45,256 nt of DNA from Pseudomonadota bacterium (lineage in GTDB: Bacteria; Pseudomonadota; Alphaproteobacteria; Rhodobacterales; Rhodobacteraceae): the NCBI GenBank assembly GCA_039181205.1, contig JBCDCS010000001.1, positions 1-45,256 of the forward strand, written 5' to 3'. Below the pieces are notes generated by a model that was given only the letters and a program-made list of their open reading frames with translations, was not told the origin of the DNA and ran no database searches. Made by a program: the position numbers and the translations under genes. Numbering within the stretch: the first letter of the stretch is position 1; each line of letters begins with the position of its first letter. Positions 28,893 to 39,145 of the stretch are shown here, piece by piece.

Positions 28893-30166
28893 TGGACCAT
28901 TTCCTCTACCGGAACGGCGCGCTCCATGCCGAAGACGTGCCGCTGGCCCAGATCGCGGCCGAGGTGGGAACACCCGCCTATGTCTACTCGTCGGCGACGC
29001 TACTACGGCACTATCGGCTGTTCGACGAAGCGCTGGATTGGGGGCCGCATCTGGTCTGCTACGCGGTGAAGGCCGCGTCGAATGTCGCCATCCTGAAGCT
29101 GCTAGGGGATGCGGGCGCCGGAATGGATGTGGTCTCCGAAGGGGAATATCGTCGGGCCCGGGCAGCGGGCGTGCCGGGGGATCGGATCGTCTTTTCAGGC
29201 GTTGGCAAAACCGAAGGCGAAATGCGGCACGTGCTGGCCGAAGGCGTTCGGCAGATCAACCTGGAGAGCGAGCCGGAAATGCGGCTCCTGTCGAAGGTCG
29301 CGACGGAAATGGGTGTGGACGTGCCCGTGACCGTGCGGGTGAACCCGGACGTGGACGCCAAGACCCACGAAAAGATCGCCACCGGGAAGTCGGAGAACAA
29401 GTTCGGCATTCCAATTTCAAAGGCGCGGGAGGTCTACGCCGAGATCGCGCGCCTACCAGGGCTCACCGTCATCGGGATCGACGTGCATATCGGATCGCAG
29501 CTGACCGACCTGGACCCCTTCCGCCAAGCCTACCGCAAGGTGGCGGATTTGACCGAAATCCTGCGCGCAGACGGACATGAAATCAGCCGCCTAGACCTGG
29601 GCGGGGGCCTAGGCATTCCCTACGCCCGGTCAAATCTGGCGCCGCCCGTGCCGCTGGAATACGGCCAGGTGATCCGGGACGAGGTCGGACATCTGGGCTG
29701 CGAGATCGAGATCGAGCCGGGGCGGCTGATCGCCGGAAATGCAGGGATCCTGCTCGCCTCGACCATCTTTGTGAAATCCGGCGAAGGCCGGGATTTCCTG
29801 ATCCTGGATGCGGCCATGAACGACCTGATCCGGCCCGCCATGTATGGTGCGCACCATGACATCGTGCCAGTGGTCGAACCGGCGCCGGGCGTGGATCAAC
29901 GGCCCTATGACATCGTCGGCCCCGTCTGCGAAAGCGGCGATACCTTCGCCAAAGGGCGCGACATGGCGCCGCTCTCCACGGGCGATTTGGTCGCCTTCCG
30001 GTCAGCGGGAGCTTACGGATCGGTCATGGCAAGCGAGTATAACAGCCGTCCACTGATCCCCGAAGTGCTCGTGGACGGGGACAATTACGCTGTGATCCGC
30101 CGCCGTCCCACCTTTGACGAGATGATTTCGCGCGATACCATTCCGGAATGGCTCCACCGTCCTTAG
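28892..30166 (+). CDS. lysA: Diaminopimelate decarboxylase
   Basis: YAVKA, HIGSQ, DLGGG, EPGR, GPVCESGD, GAYG. Confidence 0.96.
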   Translation: MDHFLYRNGALHAEDVPLAQIAAEVGTPAYVYSSATLLRHYRLFDEALDWGPHLVCYAVKAASNVAILKLLGDAGAGMDVVSEGEYRRARAAGVPGDRIVFSGVGKTEGEMRHVLAEGVRQINLESEPEMRLLSKVATEMGVDVPVTVRVNPDVDAKTHEKIATGKSENKFGIPISKAREVYAEIARLPGLTVIGIDVHIGSQLTDLDPFRQAYRKVADLTEILRADGHEISRLDLGGGLGIPYARSNLAPPVPLEYGQVIRDEVGHLGCEIEIEPGRLIAGNAGILLASTIFVKSGEGRDFLILDAAMNDLIRPAMYGAHHDIVPVVEPAPGVDQRPYDIVGPVCESGDTFAKGRDMAPLSTGDLVAFRSAGAYGSVMASEYNSRPLIPEVLVDGDNYAVIRRRPTFDEMISRDTIPEWLHRP

Positions 30167-30194
30167 GTTGAGGGTCACGACCGGAGGGACGCCA

Positions 30195-32789
30195 ATGGCC
30201 GACGCGACGACCCATGTGCTGCGACAGCTTCGGCTGACCCGATTGGGCCTTTGGGCTGAACGGATAACCTGGTCCTTCTGGCCCACATGGTCGGCGTTGT
30301 TCGCGGCAGTCGCCGTCTGGGCTTTCGATATCGCACCTGATCTGTGGCGCGGCAGCCTGATCGCGGCATTCGGTTTGATGGCCTTGGTGACGGCGGGGCT
30401 CGGTCTCCGGACATTCCGAGTACCCACGGAAGACGAAGCTCGCGCCCGGCTGGATGAGACCCTGCCCGGCCGGCCGCTAACCGCCCTGCGGGACGATCAA
30501 GTCATCGGCGCCGACGATGCCGCGTCGGCGGCCGTCTGGGAGGCCCATCAGCGGCGCATGGCAGCCCGCCTGGCCGACGCCAAGGCGGTGGCACCCGACC
30601 TGAAAGTATCGACCCGAGATCCCTATGCCTTGCGCTACATGGCGGTTTTGCTGGCAGCGCTGGGTCTTCTTTTCGGGACGATCTGGCGGGCACCCGAAAT
30701 ACCGGATTTGGCCGGATCGGGCCAGGCCGTGGCTGCGGGCCCGGCCTGGGAAGCCTGGCTGGAACCACCACGCCATACCGGTCTGCCGACGCTTTATCTG
30801 CCAGAGATCGAACCTGGGGCCGTCGAAGTCCCGGAAGGCACTCGCGTCACTCTGCGGCTCTATGGCGATACGACGGAGTTGGCCGTAGCCGAGACCGTGT
30901 CGGGCCGCCAGACCACCGACCCAACGGCCCCCATGCAGGATTTTGAGGTGACACAATCGGGCACGCTCGCCATCGGCGTGACCGGCCCGGTCTGGTCGCT
31001 CACCGCCACGCCGGACGCGTCGCCCGAGATTGCCGTCACGGGGGCGCCGGACTTCGAGCATCCAGATCTGATCACTCTGCCCTGGGAAGCCTCGGACGAT
31101 TTCGGCGTCGCGGCCGCGCAGATTACGATTGCACTCGATGCCGATGCCACCGACCGGCGCCATGGTTTGGCGGTCGATCCAGAGCCACGCGAGCCGCTGG
31201 AAATGGACATGGCCCTGCCCATCTCGGGTGACCGTGCGGAGGTTGTGGCCACCTTCACCGCCGATTTGGTCAAGCATCCGCTGGCCGGGATGCCGGTGCG
31301 CGTCACGCTCGAAGCATTGGACGCCGCCGGTCAGTCCGGTTTGGACGAAGCGCAGATGATGCTGCCGGGACGCGCATTCTACGACCCGGTGGCCAGCGCG
31401 CTGATCGAACAACGCCGCGATCTGAACTGGTCGCGGGAAAATCAGGCGCGGGTCGCCCGTCTGCTGCGTGCGATCACGTGGAAGGGGGACGACACGTTCG
31501 ACAACCCCGCCGCGTTTCTGATCGTTCGCATGGCGATCCGACGGCTGGATGACGGCGAACTCACCGTCGAGGCCCGGGACGAGGTGGCCGAAATGCTCTG
31601 GCAAGCCGCGATCCGGCTGGAAGAGAACTCGCTGGATTCGGCCTTGGAGCGGTTGCGCCAGGCGCAGGAGCGGCTGTCGGAGGCCATCCGCCAAGGCGCG
31701 TCCGAAGAGGAGATCGCTCGCCTCACGCAAGAGATGCGCGAGGCGATGGATGACTACACCCGGCAACTTGCCCAGCAGCAGGGCCAGCAACAGCAGGGCC
31801 AACAACAGGCCCTGGGCGAGATGCAGGAAATCACGCCCGACATGCTGAGCCAGATGATGGAGCGGATCGAGGAGTTGATGCGCCAGGGCCGAACCGCCGA
31901 GGCCCAGGAATTGCTGCGCCAGTTGCAGGACATGATGGAGAATATGCAGGTCACCCAAGGCCAGGGCGGCCAAGGGCAGCCCGGCGAGGGCCAGCAGGCC
32001 ATGGACGAGTTGCGCGAGCAACTGCGCGAGCAGCAGGAATTGTCCGACGAGGCGTTCCGGGAGCTGCAGGAGCAATTCGGCCAGCAGGGCCAGCCCCAGC
32101 CCGGGCAGCAGCAAGGCCAGCAACAGGGCCAACAGCCGGGCCAGCAACCCGGTCAACAGCCGGGACAGCAATTCGGCCAAGGGCAGCCGGGGCAGCAAGG
32201 GCAACCTGGCCAGCCGGGCCAGCAATTGGGCCAGCCGGGCCAGGATCAGCGGGCCGAGGGCCCGGGCGCCGGAAACCAGCCCGGGACAGATGCGCAAGGG
32301 CTGGCCCAGCGCCAGGAGGCCCTACGCCGTGGACTCGAGATGTTGCGCAACAACCTACCGGGCGCGGGAACGGAAGCCGGTGAGGCCGCGCGGGAGGCCT
32401 TGGGGCGGGCCGAGGACGCCATGCGGGAGGCGGAGCGTGACCTGGCCGACGGCAACCTGGGCGGGGCGCTGGACGACCAGGCCCAGGCCATGGACGCGCT
32501 GCGCGACGGCATGCAGGAATTGGGCCGCGCCTTAGCTGAAAATGGTCAGCCGGGTCAGCCCGGCCAGCAGGGCCAGGCCAGCGGCCCGCCACAAACCGCC
32601 GACCGCGACCCCCTGGGCCGCCGGTCCGGCGAAGGCGGCACGCTGGGCACCAACGAGTCGCTGCTCGGCGGGCCTGACGCGGCGCGACGCGCCCGCGACC
32701 TTATGGATGAGATCCGGCGCCGGTCGGGCGAGCGGGAGCGGCCGCAACTGGAACTGGATTATCTGCGGCGTTTGCTGGACCGTTTCTGA
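30195..32789 (+). CDS. TIGR02302/DUF4175 family membrane-anchored coiled-coil protein
   Basis: N-terminal TMs, DPYALR, DDFGV, Gln/Gly-rich region, DPLGR, ELDYLRRLL. Typical position after lysA. Confidence 0.85.
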   Translation: MADATTHVLRQLRLTRLGLWAERITWSFWPTWSALFAAVAVWAFDIAPDLWRGSLIAAFGLMALVTAGLGLRTFRVPTEDEARARLDETLPGRPLTALRDDQVIGADDAASAAVWEAHQRRMAARLADAKAVAPDLKVSTRDPYALRYMAVLLAALGLLFGTIWRAPEIPDLAGSGQAVAAGPAWEAWLEPPRHTGLPTLYLPEIEPGAVEVPEGTRVTLRLYGDTTELAVAETVSGRQTTDPTAPMQDFEVTQSGTLAIGVTGPVWSLTATPDASPEIAVTGAPDFEHPDLITLPWEASDDFGVAAAQITIALDADATDRRHGLAVDPEPREPLEMDMALPISGDRAEVVATFTADLVKHPLAGMPVRVTLEALDAAGQSGLDEAQMMLPGRAFYDPVASALIEQRRDLNWSRENQARVARLLRAITWKGDDTFDNPAAFLIVRMAIRRLDDGELTVEARDEVAEMLWQAAIRLEENSLDSALERLRQAQERLSEAIRQGASEEEIARLTQEMREAMDDYTRQLAQQQGQQQQGQQQALGEMQEITPDMLSQMMERIEELMRQGRTAEAQELLRQLQDMMENMQVTQGQGGQGQPGEGQQAMDELREQLREQQELSDEAFRELQEQFGQQGQPQPGQQQGQQQGQQPGQQPGQQPGQQFGQGQPGQQGQPGQPGQQLGQPGQDQRAEGPGAGNQPGTDAQGLAQRQEALRRGLEMLRNNLPGAGTEAGEAAREALGRAEDAMREAERDLADGNLGGALDDQAQAMDALRDGMQELGRALAENGQPGQPGQQGQASGPPQTADRDPLGRRSGEGGTLGTNESLLGGPDAARRARDLMDEIRRRSGERERPQLELDYLRRLLDRF

Positions 32790-32811
32790 TGACCGGAGCC
32801 GCGCCTGAAGA

Positions 32812-33813
32812 TCACGCGTCGGGACCGATCATCTCCAGCAGGGACTCCGCCCCGGCCTCGACCCCCAGCCGGCCCCGATCGATCATATTCACATAGGTGT
32901 CCAGCGCATTGTCCAGCGCCGGCAGGGCAGCAACGATAGTATCGGCGAACGCGTAAGTCAGCACGGCCAGCAAGACCAACGCGACAACGCTCAAAAATCC
33001 GATGCGGAAACCGCTGCCTTCTGCTTGGCTGCTGGCTTGGTCGCTGGCCATGGCCGCGTCGGCTTCGGCAACCGCCTGGGCCTGAATGGCCGCCACTCGG
33101 TCATCTGGCCGCAGCGAAGAGTTGATCTCCTCGATATCCGGCAACAATTCTCGGCGCGGTGCCTGGGATGCAGCGCTATCAGCGTCCGCCCCGTATGCAT
33201 GGGCGTCCTCTTCAGACGCTTGGTCATCGCCTTCGTCGATTTCACCGTCGCGCAGGGCTTGGGCGATCGCATCGGCCACATCGTCCTTGGGTGGCGATGC
33301 CGATGGATGATCCGCAGACGGAGGTGAGGGTGGTTGCGGTGCGGAGGAGGGGGCGTCGCCGCTGCCACGCGAGCGCGCGACCGACGCTGCGGCGGCCATG
33401 CGCGCGGCTTCCAGCGCAGCAGTTTCACGGGCCTCGGCATCGTTTGGCTCGGCTGGGGGCCCCGCTGCTTCCTGTTGCGTCTGACCAGCCTCGGCACGGA
33501 GGCGTTCTTCGTGTTCCCGCTCTTGCCGGAGGATATCCAGCGTCCGTTCGTCGGCCATGGTCTGACGCGTCGGCGCCGGCGTATCCGGTTGCGGGGCGGG
33601 CGGCGGCACGGTTTCGGCGGCCGCAGGTACGTCGGACGGCGCGACGTCTTCGGGTGGCGGCGCCTGCGTCTCAGAGGCGGCGGCATCCTGCACACGGGCC
33701 TCCTGATGCCACGTCGTCCCGCAATTGGAGCACTGAACGTCCCGCCCTTCGGCCGGAATCATGCCGTCGGCGATCTCATACTGCGCACTACAATTTGGGC
33801 AGGTGATACGCAT
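32812..33813 (-). CDS. Zinc-ribbon (MJ0042 finger-like) membrane protein
   Basis: MRITCPNC.AQY...VQCSNCGTTW, long acidic/Pro-rich linker, C-terminal TM. Divergent from ftsE. Confidence 0.85.
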   Translation of the reverse strand: MRITCPNCSAQYEIADGMIPAEGRDVQCSNCGTTWHQEARVQDAAASETQAPPPEDVAPSDVPAAAETVPPPAPQPDTPAPTRQTMADERTLDILRQEREHEERLRAEAGQTQQEAAGPPAEPNDAEARETAALEAARMAAAASVARSRGSGDAPSSAPQPPSPPSADHPSASPPKDDVADAIAQALRDGEIDEGDDQASEEDAHAYGADADSAASQAPRRELLPDIEEINSSLRPDDRVAAIQAQAVAEADAAMASDQASSQAEGSGFRIGFLSVVALVLLAVLTYAFADTIVAALPALDNALDTYVNMIDRGRLGVEAGAESLLEMIGPDA

Positions 33814-33990
33814 GATGATGTGAACGCAGCCTTACCAGACAAGTGACAATCGTCCATACCGCGCCCCATTGGCCAGTCGGTGTCAACCCCAGCGGGTATG
33901 TCGCCGGCCGCCCCGTGGCCTGGGGCGCACGCATTGCGTCATCAATATGGCTGGGGCAGAACCGCGACGCGGCAGGAAGGAACAGCGGCG

Positions 33991-34668
33991 GTGATCGAGC
34001 TCAAAGGGGCCAGCTACAGCTATGGGCGGGACGCGCTGCTGCACGGTCTCGACCTAACATTGTCGCCCGGGTCGTTTCACTTCCTGACGGGGCCGTCGGG
34101 CGCAGGGAAGACCACTCTGCTAAAGCTCTGCTATGGGGAACTACGACCTACGGAGGGCGTGATCGAGCTGATGGGCCGCGATACACGCGGGCTGGACCGG
34201 GATGGCATGGCACGCCTACGCAGGCGGGTCGGCGTGGTGCATCAGGACTGCGAATTCCTGGATCATCTGTCGCTGATGGAGAACGTGGCTTTGCCGCTGA
34301 CAGTGTCGGGCGCGGATACGCCGGAGCGGCGGGATGAACTGACCCAGCTTCTGGCCTGGGTCGGGCTCGGGCACCGGGCCCACGCGCACCCACCGGAACT
34401 CTCGGGCGGCGAACGGCAACGCGCGGCACTGGCGCGCGCCGTGATCACCGATCCGGAGGTGCTGATCGCCGATGAACCCACGGGAAACATCGATTGGGAG
34501 ATGTCCCAGCGCCTGCTGTCGCTCCTGGCCGAACTCAACCTTATGGGGAAAACCGTGTTGGTCGCGACCCATGATCTTGCACTGATCCGGGCATCGAAAC
34601 CGACCGTGTCGGCCCGGGTTCTGCGGTTGGCGGGGGGCAGCCTGCAAACAGCCGGGGCGGAGCTGTGA
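33991..34668 (+). CDS. ftsE: Cell division ATP-binding protein FtsE
   Basis: GPSGAGKT, LSGGERQR, ADEPTGN, ATHD. GTG start. Followed by ftsX. Confidence 0.92.
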   Translation: MIELKGASYSYGRDALLHGLDLTLSPGSFHFLTGPSGAGKTTLLKLCYGELRPTEGVIELMGRDTRGLDRDGMARLRRRVGVVHQDCEFLDHLSLMENVALPLTVSGADTPERRDELTQLLAWVGLGHRAHAHPPELSGGERQRAALARAVITDPEVLIADEPTGNIDWEMSQRLLSLLAELNLMGKTVLVATHDLALIRASKPTVSARVLRLAGGSLQTAGAEL

Positions 34669-35552
34669 CCCTGATCGATATCTTGATCGGCGATCGGCAA
34701 GCCGACCGGGTCGTGCCGCCCGCTGGGCAGACCGCGTGGCTGACGGTGCTGCCAGCAGCCGCCATGGCGTTCCTGGCGGTGTTCGCACTGGCCCTGTCGC
34801 TGGCCACCGGCCGTCTGGCAGAGCGCTGGGACGAGTCTCTGGCCCAGGCGTCCACGATCCGGATTTCGGCGCCCGCCGACCAGGCCGACGCCCAGGTCGA
34901 CGCAGTTCTGTCGATCTTGGCCGGCACGCCCGGCGTCGCCACCGCCCGTGCCTTGGCGGCGGAAGAACAGGCGACCTTGCTTGAACCTTGGCTGGGCCCT
35001 GGCCTGCCCCTCGACCGGCTGCCCCTGCCCCGCTTGGTCGAAATCGTCGAAAGCGACGGGTTCGACGCCGAAGGGCTGCGCCTGCGGCTGCAGGCCGAGG
35101 TACCGGGCGCCGTACTGGACGACCACACCAGGTGGCGGCAGCCGATGGTCGAGGCCGCATCTCGGCTGCGCAGCTTGGGTTGGACGGCGCTTCTGCTCAT
35201 CGCAGGTGTGCTGGCGGCAATCGTGACCCTGGCCGCCCAGGCCGCTCTGGCCGCGAACGTCCAGGTCATCCGCGTTCTCCGCCTCGTGGGCGCGCGGGAT
35301 GTCTATGCGGTGCGGGCCTTCACCCGTCGGTTCACCCTGCGTGCGGTTGCCGGCGCGGCCACGGGCACGCTGCTCGGCATGCTGGCCGTCGCGCTCTTGC
35401 CATCGGCTCAGGTCGCGGGTGGTTTTCTGACTGGACTGGGCTTCACCGGGCTTTCATGGCTTCTGCCCTTGCTGATCCCCCCCTTTGTTGGCGTGATCGC
35501 GTTCCTGGCCACCCGCCGCGCGGCCTTTCGCGCCCTGGCCCGATTCGAGTAA
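34665..35552 (+). CDS. ftsX: Cell division permease FtsX
   Basis: Four TMs, LLEPWLG, LDDH..W, LRLVGA. Overlaps the ftsE stop. Confidence 0.9.
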   Translation: MTLIDILIGDRQADRVVPPAGQTAWLTVLPAAAMAFLAVFALALSLATGRLAERWDESLAQASTIRISAPADQADAQVDAVLSILAGTPGVATARALAAEEQATLLEPWLGPGLPLDRLPLPRLVEIVESDGFDAEGLRLRLQAEVPGAVLDDHTRWRQPMVEAASRLRSLGWTALLLIAGVLAAIVTLAAQAALAANVQVIRVLRLVGARDVYAVRAFTRRFTLRAVAGAATGTLLGMLAVALLPSAQVAGGFLTGLGFTGLSWLLPLLIPPFVGVIAFLATRRAAFRALARFE

Positions 35553-35561
35553 GGGGGCGAG

Positions 35562-36338
35562 ATGCAGTATCTCCGTTCTCTGATCTTCAACGTCGCCATG
35601 TATGCCTGGATGCCCATCGTCGGGCTGGCCTATCTACCCTTCGCCATCGCCTCGCCCGAAGGTGCGCGGGCCGGGTGCAACGCCTATGCCCGGTCCACGA
35701 TCTGGCTGCTGGAAAAGATCGTCGGCCTGCGTAGCGAAATCCGCGGCACGCCGCCCACGGGCGGTGTGTTGATCGCGGCCAAGCACCAATCCTTCCTGGA
35801 CATCTTGCTGATCTGGAACGCCATGCCGCGGCCCTTCTTCATTATGAAGTCGATCCTGAAATATGCGCCCTTTCTCGGCCAATACGCGTTGCGTTTGGGT
35901 TGTATCCCGGTGGAGCGGGGCAAGCGCGCCGATGCAATCAAGGCGATGCTGGCCGAGGTCCGGTCAGGCAAACGCGACAACGGGCAGCTCTTGATCTATC
36001 CCCAGGGCACGCGCGTCGCGGCCGGGGCCCATCTACCCTACAAGGTCGGGACCTTCGCGCTGTACGAGCAATTGGGTCAGACCTGCGTGCCGGTGGCGAC
36101 CAACGTGGGCGTGTTCTGGCCGAAGCGCGGCCTTCTTCGCAGACCCGGCCTGGCCGTGGTGGAATTCCTCGAACCGATCCCACCAGGCCTCGACCGGTCC
36201 AGCTTCATGGCGGTGATGGAACAGCGGATCGAAGCGGGATCGAACGCGCTGATGGCCGAAGCGGGTTTTCCGGTCGACCAATTGCCTCAACCGGCCGAAG
36301 GGTCCAAGATCGCAGCGAAAGCCGAACACGGAGCCTGA
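35562..36338 (+). CDS. plsC: 1-acyl-sn-glycerol-3-phosphate acyltransferase
   Basis: KHQSFLD (HX4D) and IYPQGTR motifs. Confidence 0.88.
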   Translation: MQYLRSLIFNVAMYAWMPIVGLAYLPFAIASPEGARAGCNAYARSTIWLLEKIVGLRSEIRGTPPTGGVLIAAKHQSFLDILLIWNAMPRPFFIMKSILKYAPFLGQYALRLGCIPVERGKRADAIKAMLAEVRSGKRDNGQLLIYPQGTRVAAGAHLPYKVGTFALYEQLGQTCVPVATNVGVFWPKRGLLRRPGLAVVEFLEPIPPGLDRSSFMAVMEQRIEAGSNALMAEAGFPVDQLPQPAEGSKIAAKAEHGA

Positions 36339-36570
36339 TGCGCGCACATTGGAAAATGGTGCAGACCCTCCTGCCGGACCATCATCCACTGGTGTTGATC
36401 GTCAGCCGGCTTTGGACGTCACGTTATCATGTGACCCGAAAGCTGGTTCCGCGTGCGGGAAAATGGCGGCTATGGGTCCAAAGCCACCCATGCCTCGTAG
36501 TGGACGAACATCGGCTTGCGCCTTATCCTAAAAAGCTCTTCGAGAACGAAGCCGGTAACAGGATGATCTC

Positions 36571-37530
36571 TTGGTGTTTTCACTTACAGAGCGCGGGTTT
36601 GATGAAGCGCAAGCCCATCTGAAGTCATTTCCCGACCTCAAGAGTGCCGGTCCCCAATGCCTAGCAGATGACTTCGAGAATGTGCCGCGGGAGACGCTCA
36701 TATCACTCAATGAAAGGTGCGCAAGGGAACCGCGTCTTTCATTGAGAGTTTTCAGCTCCTTGGATCGCAACGCCACCTGTGATCTTGCAGGTTTTGAGCT
36801 ATTGTCGGAGCTCCGTCATCTTAAACTTCACTATGGAGTCCCGAGCATCACAAACCAAGGAGCCCTTCAAAATCTGCGTAAACTGCAATCGGCTGAACTT
36901 GAGATTATAGCGGACTTCGACACCAGTTTTGTTGGAGCGTGGCGAAACCTGGAATACTTGTCGATCATACGCGACAATCCAAATGCGTCGAACAAACCCG
37001 ACTTTAACAACCTGGGAGATCTCCCGAAACTGAGTGAACTCTATTGCCTAGGTTATCGTAAGTGGCAGGATGGGGTCAAACGATCGACCTCACTTCGTCG
37101 TTTAACTTTACAACAACTTACTGTGGATAGCTGGGATTTTCTGCCTGCCCAAGACTTGGACGTCCTGCGTCTCAATGCAGTTCAGGGCCCAGCGGAATTT
37201 CCTAAGGCGCAGTTAGCTGCGAGAAGCAAGAAACTTGATCTGGTGCGCATGGAAAAGGCCCTGGGATTCGATCCCAAGCGATTATTCTCACCCCTTATTC
37301 GGCACGAGAACGGCTATTCAACCTGCATACAAGCCGACGAACTATCCCATGTAGCACGTGCAAAAATGAACGGTCATGGCTGGGCCAAAGAATTTGCTAA
37401 TTTGTCCGCAGTGCCCAAAGGCATCGAACTGGACGCAGAAGCTGATATGGTGGTCATCTACGGCAGCAAATCTGATGTAACGCGTTACAAGAGCACTTTG
37501 CTTAAAGCACTGGCAGAAGCTTATGGATGA
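36571..37530 (+). CDS. Low-GC leucine-rich-repeat-like protein with C-terminal Imm51-like domain
   Basis: LxxLxxLxL repeats (LSELRHLKL, LRKLQSAEL, LPKLSELYC). C-terminal NGHGW...LDAEADM. Start TTG 36571 or GTG 36574. Confidence 0.6.
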   Translation: MVFSLTERGFDEAQAHLKSFPDLKSAGPQCLADDFENVPRETLISLNERCAREPRLSLRVFSSLDRNATCDLAGFELLSELRHLKLHYGVPSITNQGALQNLRKLQSAELEIIADFDTSFVGAWRNLEYLSIIRDNPNASNKPDFNNLGDLPKLSELYCLGYRKWQDGVKRSTSLRRLTLQQLTVDSWDFLPAQDLDVLRLNAVQGPAEFPKAQLAARSKKLDLVRMEKALGFDPKRLFSPLIRHENGYSTCIQADELSHVARAKMNGHGWAKEFANLSAVPKGIELDAEADMVVIYGSKSDVTRYKSTLLKALAEAYG

Positions 37531-37735
37531 ATCCAGCGGTGCTGAAACAGTCTTGGTGGGGACAAATCGAACGCCCGTTTGTCCCGCAGACCGGATTTCC
37601 GGGCCAGAAATGCCCGACGTTCGGGTCAGTGATGGCTGACGAGCTGGTGTGGCAAATCCAGATAATCGACGGCATAAAGTAAATGGGTCGCGACACGCCG
37701 CAGTTGGCCTACCCTGCACCGGAGGGACAACCGAC

Positions 37736-38563
37736 TTGACCGCTGAGACCGCCCTGCTTGTCCGGGCCGATGATGCCGGGTCCAGCTGGGCCGCGAATAT
37801 CGGCTGTCTGCGTGCCTGCACCGATGGCATCGCCCGGAGTGTCGAGGTGATGATGCCCGGCGCTTGGGTGCCGCAGGCCGCGCGGCTCTTTGGCGACCGA
37901 CCTGAGATCGATATCGGCCTGCACCTGACTCTGACCAGCGAATGGGATGCGGTCAAATGGCGGCCACTGACCACGGCACCCAGCCTGGTGGATGCCGACG
38001 GCTATTTCCTGCCGCTCTTGACCGCGCGCCCTCGCGCCGGTCGTCCCAGCCTGGCGGAGCGTGACTGGTCGCTGGACGAGATCGCCCAGGAATTGCGGGC
38101 ACAGGTCACATTGGGCAAACGACTCTTCCCGCAGGCCAGCCATGTGAGCACCCATATGGCCCGGCATCTTGGCCAGATCGATCCGCGTCTCGGCGACCTG
38201 GTGTCTGAGCTCTGCGACGAGTTCGGGTTGATGGACGATCCGTTCGGCCATGGACTGCGCCGTTTCCAAGGCTACCCGCCCCATCCAAGGGACACGACCC
38301 GGCGGGTTTCGGCCTTCCGCGATGGATTGGCCGCTCTGCCGCCGGGTCTTCATATCTTCATCGATCACCCCGCGCTTGCCTCGGACGAATTGGCCGCGTT
38401 GGGACATGCGGGATATGAAGATGTGGCCCAGGATCGGGTGAGCTGTCTTGAGACCCTCACAAATCCGACTGTATCCCAGACGATCCGCGATCTGGGGATC
38501 GAACTGGTGAGCTACCGCGACCTGCGGGGCGATGGCCGGTGGCGCGTTCAGGAGAACACGTAG
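37736..38563 (+). CDS. YdjC/ChbG/HpnK family carbohydrate deacetylase
   Basis: RADDAG, GLHLTLTSEW, SHVSTHM. TTG start after GGAGG. Confidence 0.85.
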   Translation: MTAETALLVRADDAGSSWAANIGCLRACTDGIARSVEVMMPGAWVPQAARLFGDRPEIDIGLHLTLTSEWDAVKWRPLTTAPSLVDADGYFLPLLTARPRAGRPSLAERDWSLDEIAQELRAQVTLGKRLFPQASHVSTHMARHLGQIDPRLGDLVSELCDEFGLMDDPFGHGLRRFQGYPPHPRDTTRRVSAFRDGLAALPPGLHIFIDHPALASDELAALGHAGYEDVAQDRVSCLETLTNPTVSQTIRDLGIELVSYRDLRGDGRWRVQENT

Positions 38564-39117
38564 GCCCAAACGCCGCCCACCGAGAGCTGCGCTAGGGCAA
38601 GACTGGCCAGTAGAAGCCGTGTCACCAGGGTCGGAAAGCGGACCCAGCACCAGATGGCCACGCCCAGCACGAGGACGACTTCGGTGGGTGCGATCCAGCC
38701 GGCGTGGTGGTTGGTGTCCCAATAGCTGAACGGCGACGCGAAAATCCAATCGGTCAGCGGCCAGAAATGCGGGCGCCCGTCATCATTGTGCAGCGGAAAG
38801 TCCGTGGCCAAGTGCAGCAGCGCCGCCCCGCCCAGCGCCACGATCCAGGCTTTCTTGAGCCAGAGCCCCAGCCCCAGCACCGCGCCCCATACGAAAATCG
38901 AATTGTCGATGGCGAAGATCGTCTGCCAGGTTTCTGAGAAGTAGAGTTCATCGAAGACCCGCCCAGCCGGAATGCCGATGGCCAGCGCGCCACCGGCCAA
39001 AACGTAAAGCGACAGGTCCGGCATCAGCGCCCCGGCCAAGGCAGCGCCCGTGACACGCCGGTCGCCGGGCTTGCCGAAGGCCGCCAGACCGAGGATGAGA
39101 TGGGCGGGCGTATTCAT
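38548..39117 (-). CDS. Membrane-bound putative metal-dependent hydrolase (YdjM-like)
   Basis: MNTPAH, GALMPD, LLH..TDFPLH, HFWPL pattern with TM helices. Confidence 0.72.
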   Translation of the reverse strand: MNTPAHLILGLAAFGKPGDRRVTGAALAGALMPDLSLYVLAGGALAIGIPAGRVFDELYFSETWQTIFAIDNSIFVWGAVLGLGLWLKKAWIVALGGAALLHLATDFPLHNDDGRPHFWPLTDWIFASPFSYWDTNHHAGWIAPTEVVLVLGVAIWCWVRFPTLVTRLLLASLALAQLSVGGVWAYVFS

Positions 39118-39145
39118 CTTTGCCCACATAGCAGGAAGGACGCGG

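Noticed and set aside
36338-36622. ORF starting at the plsC stop (MRAHWK...) as a frameshifted 5' part of the LRR-like gene
   Set aside because: No recognisable protein features, and the LRR-like ORF has its own plausible RBS and start. I cannot support a frameshift.
36399-37642. 9-bp inverted repeat TCGTCAGCC/GGCTGACGA flanking the LRR-like gene as transposon ends
   Set aside because: Too short to exceed chance, with no target duplication or transposase.
39118-39145. Cobalamin riboswitch before cobQ
   Set aside because: Only 28 nt separate the divergent starts, and no B12-box is recognisable.
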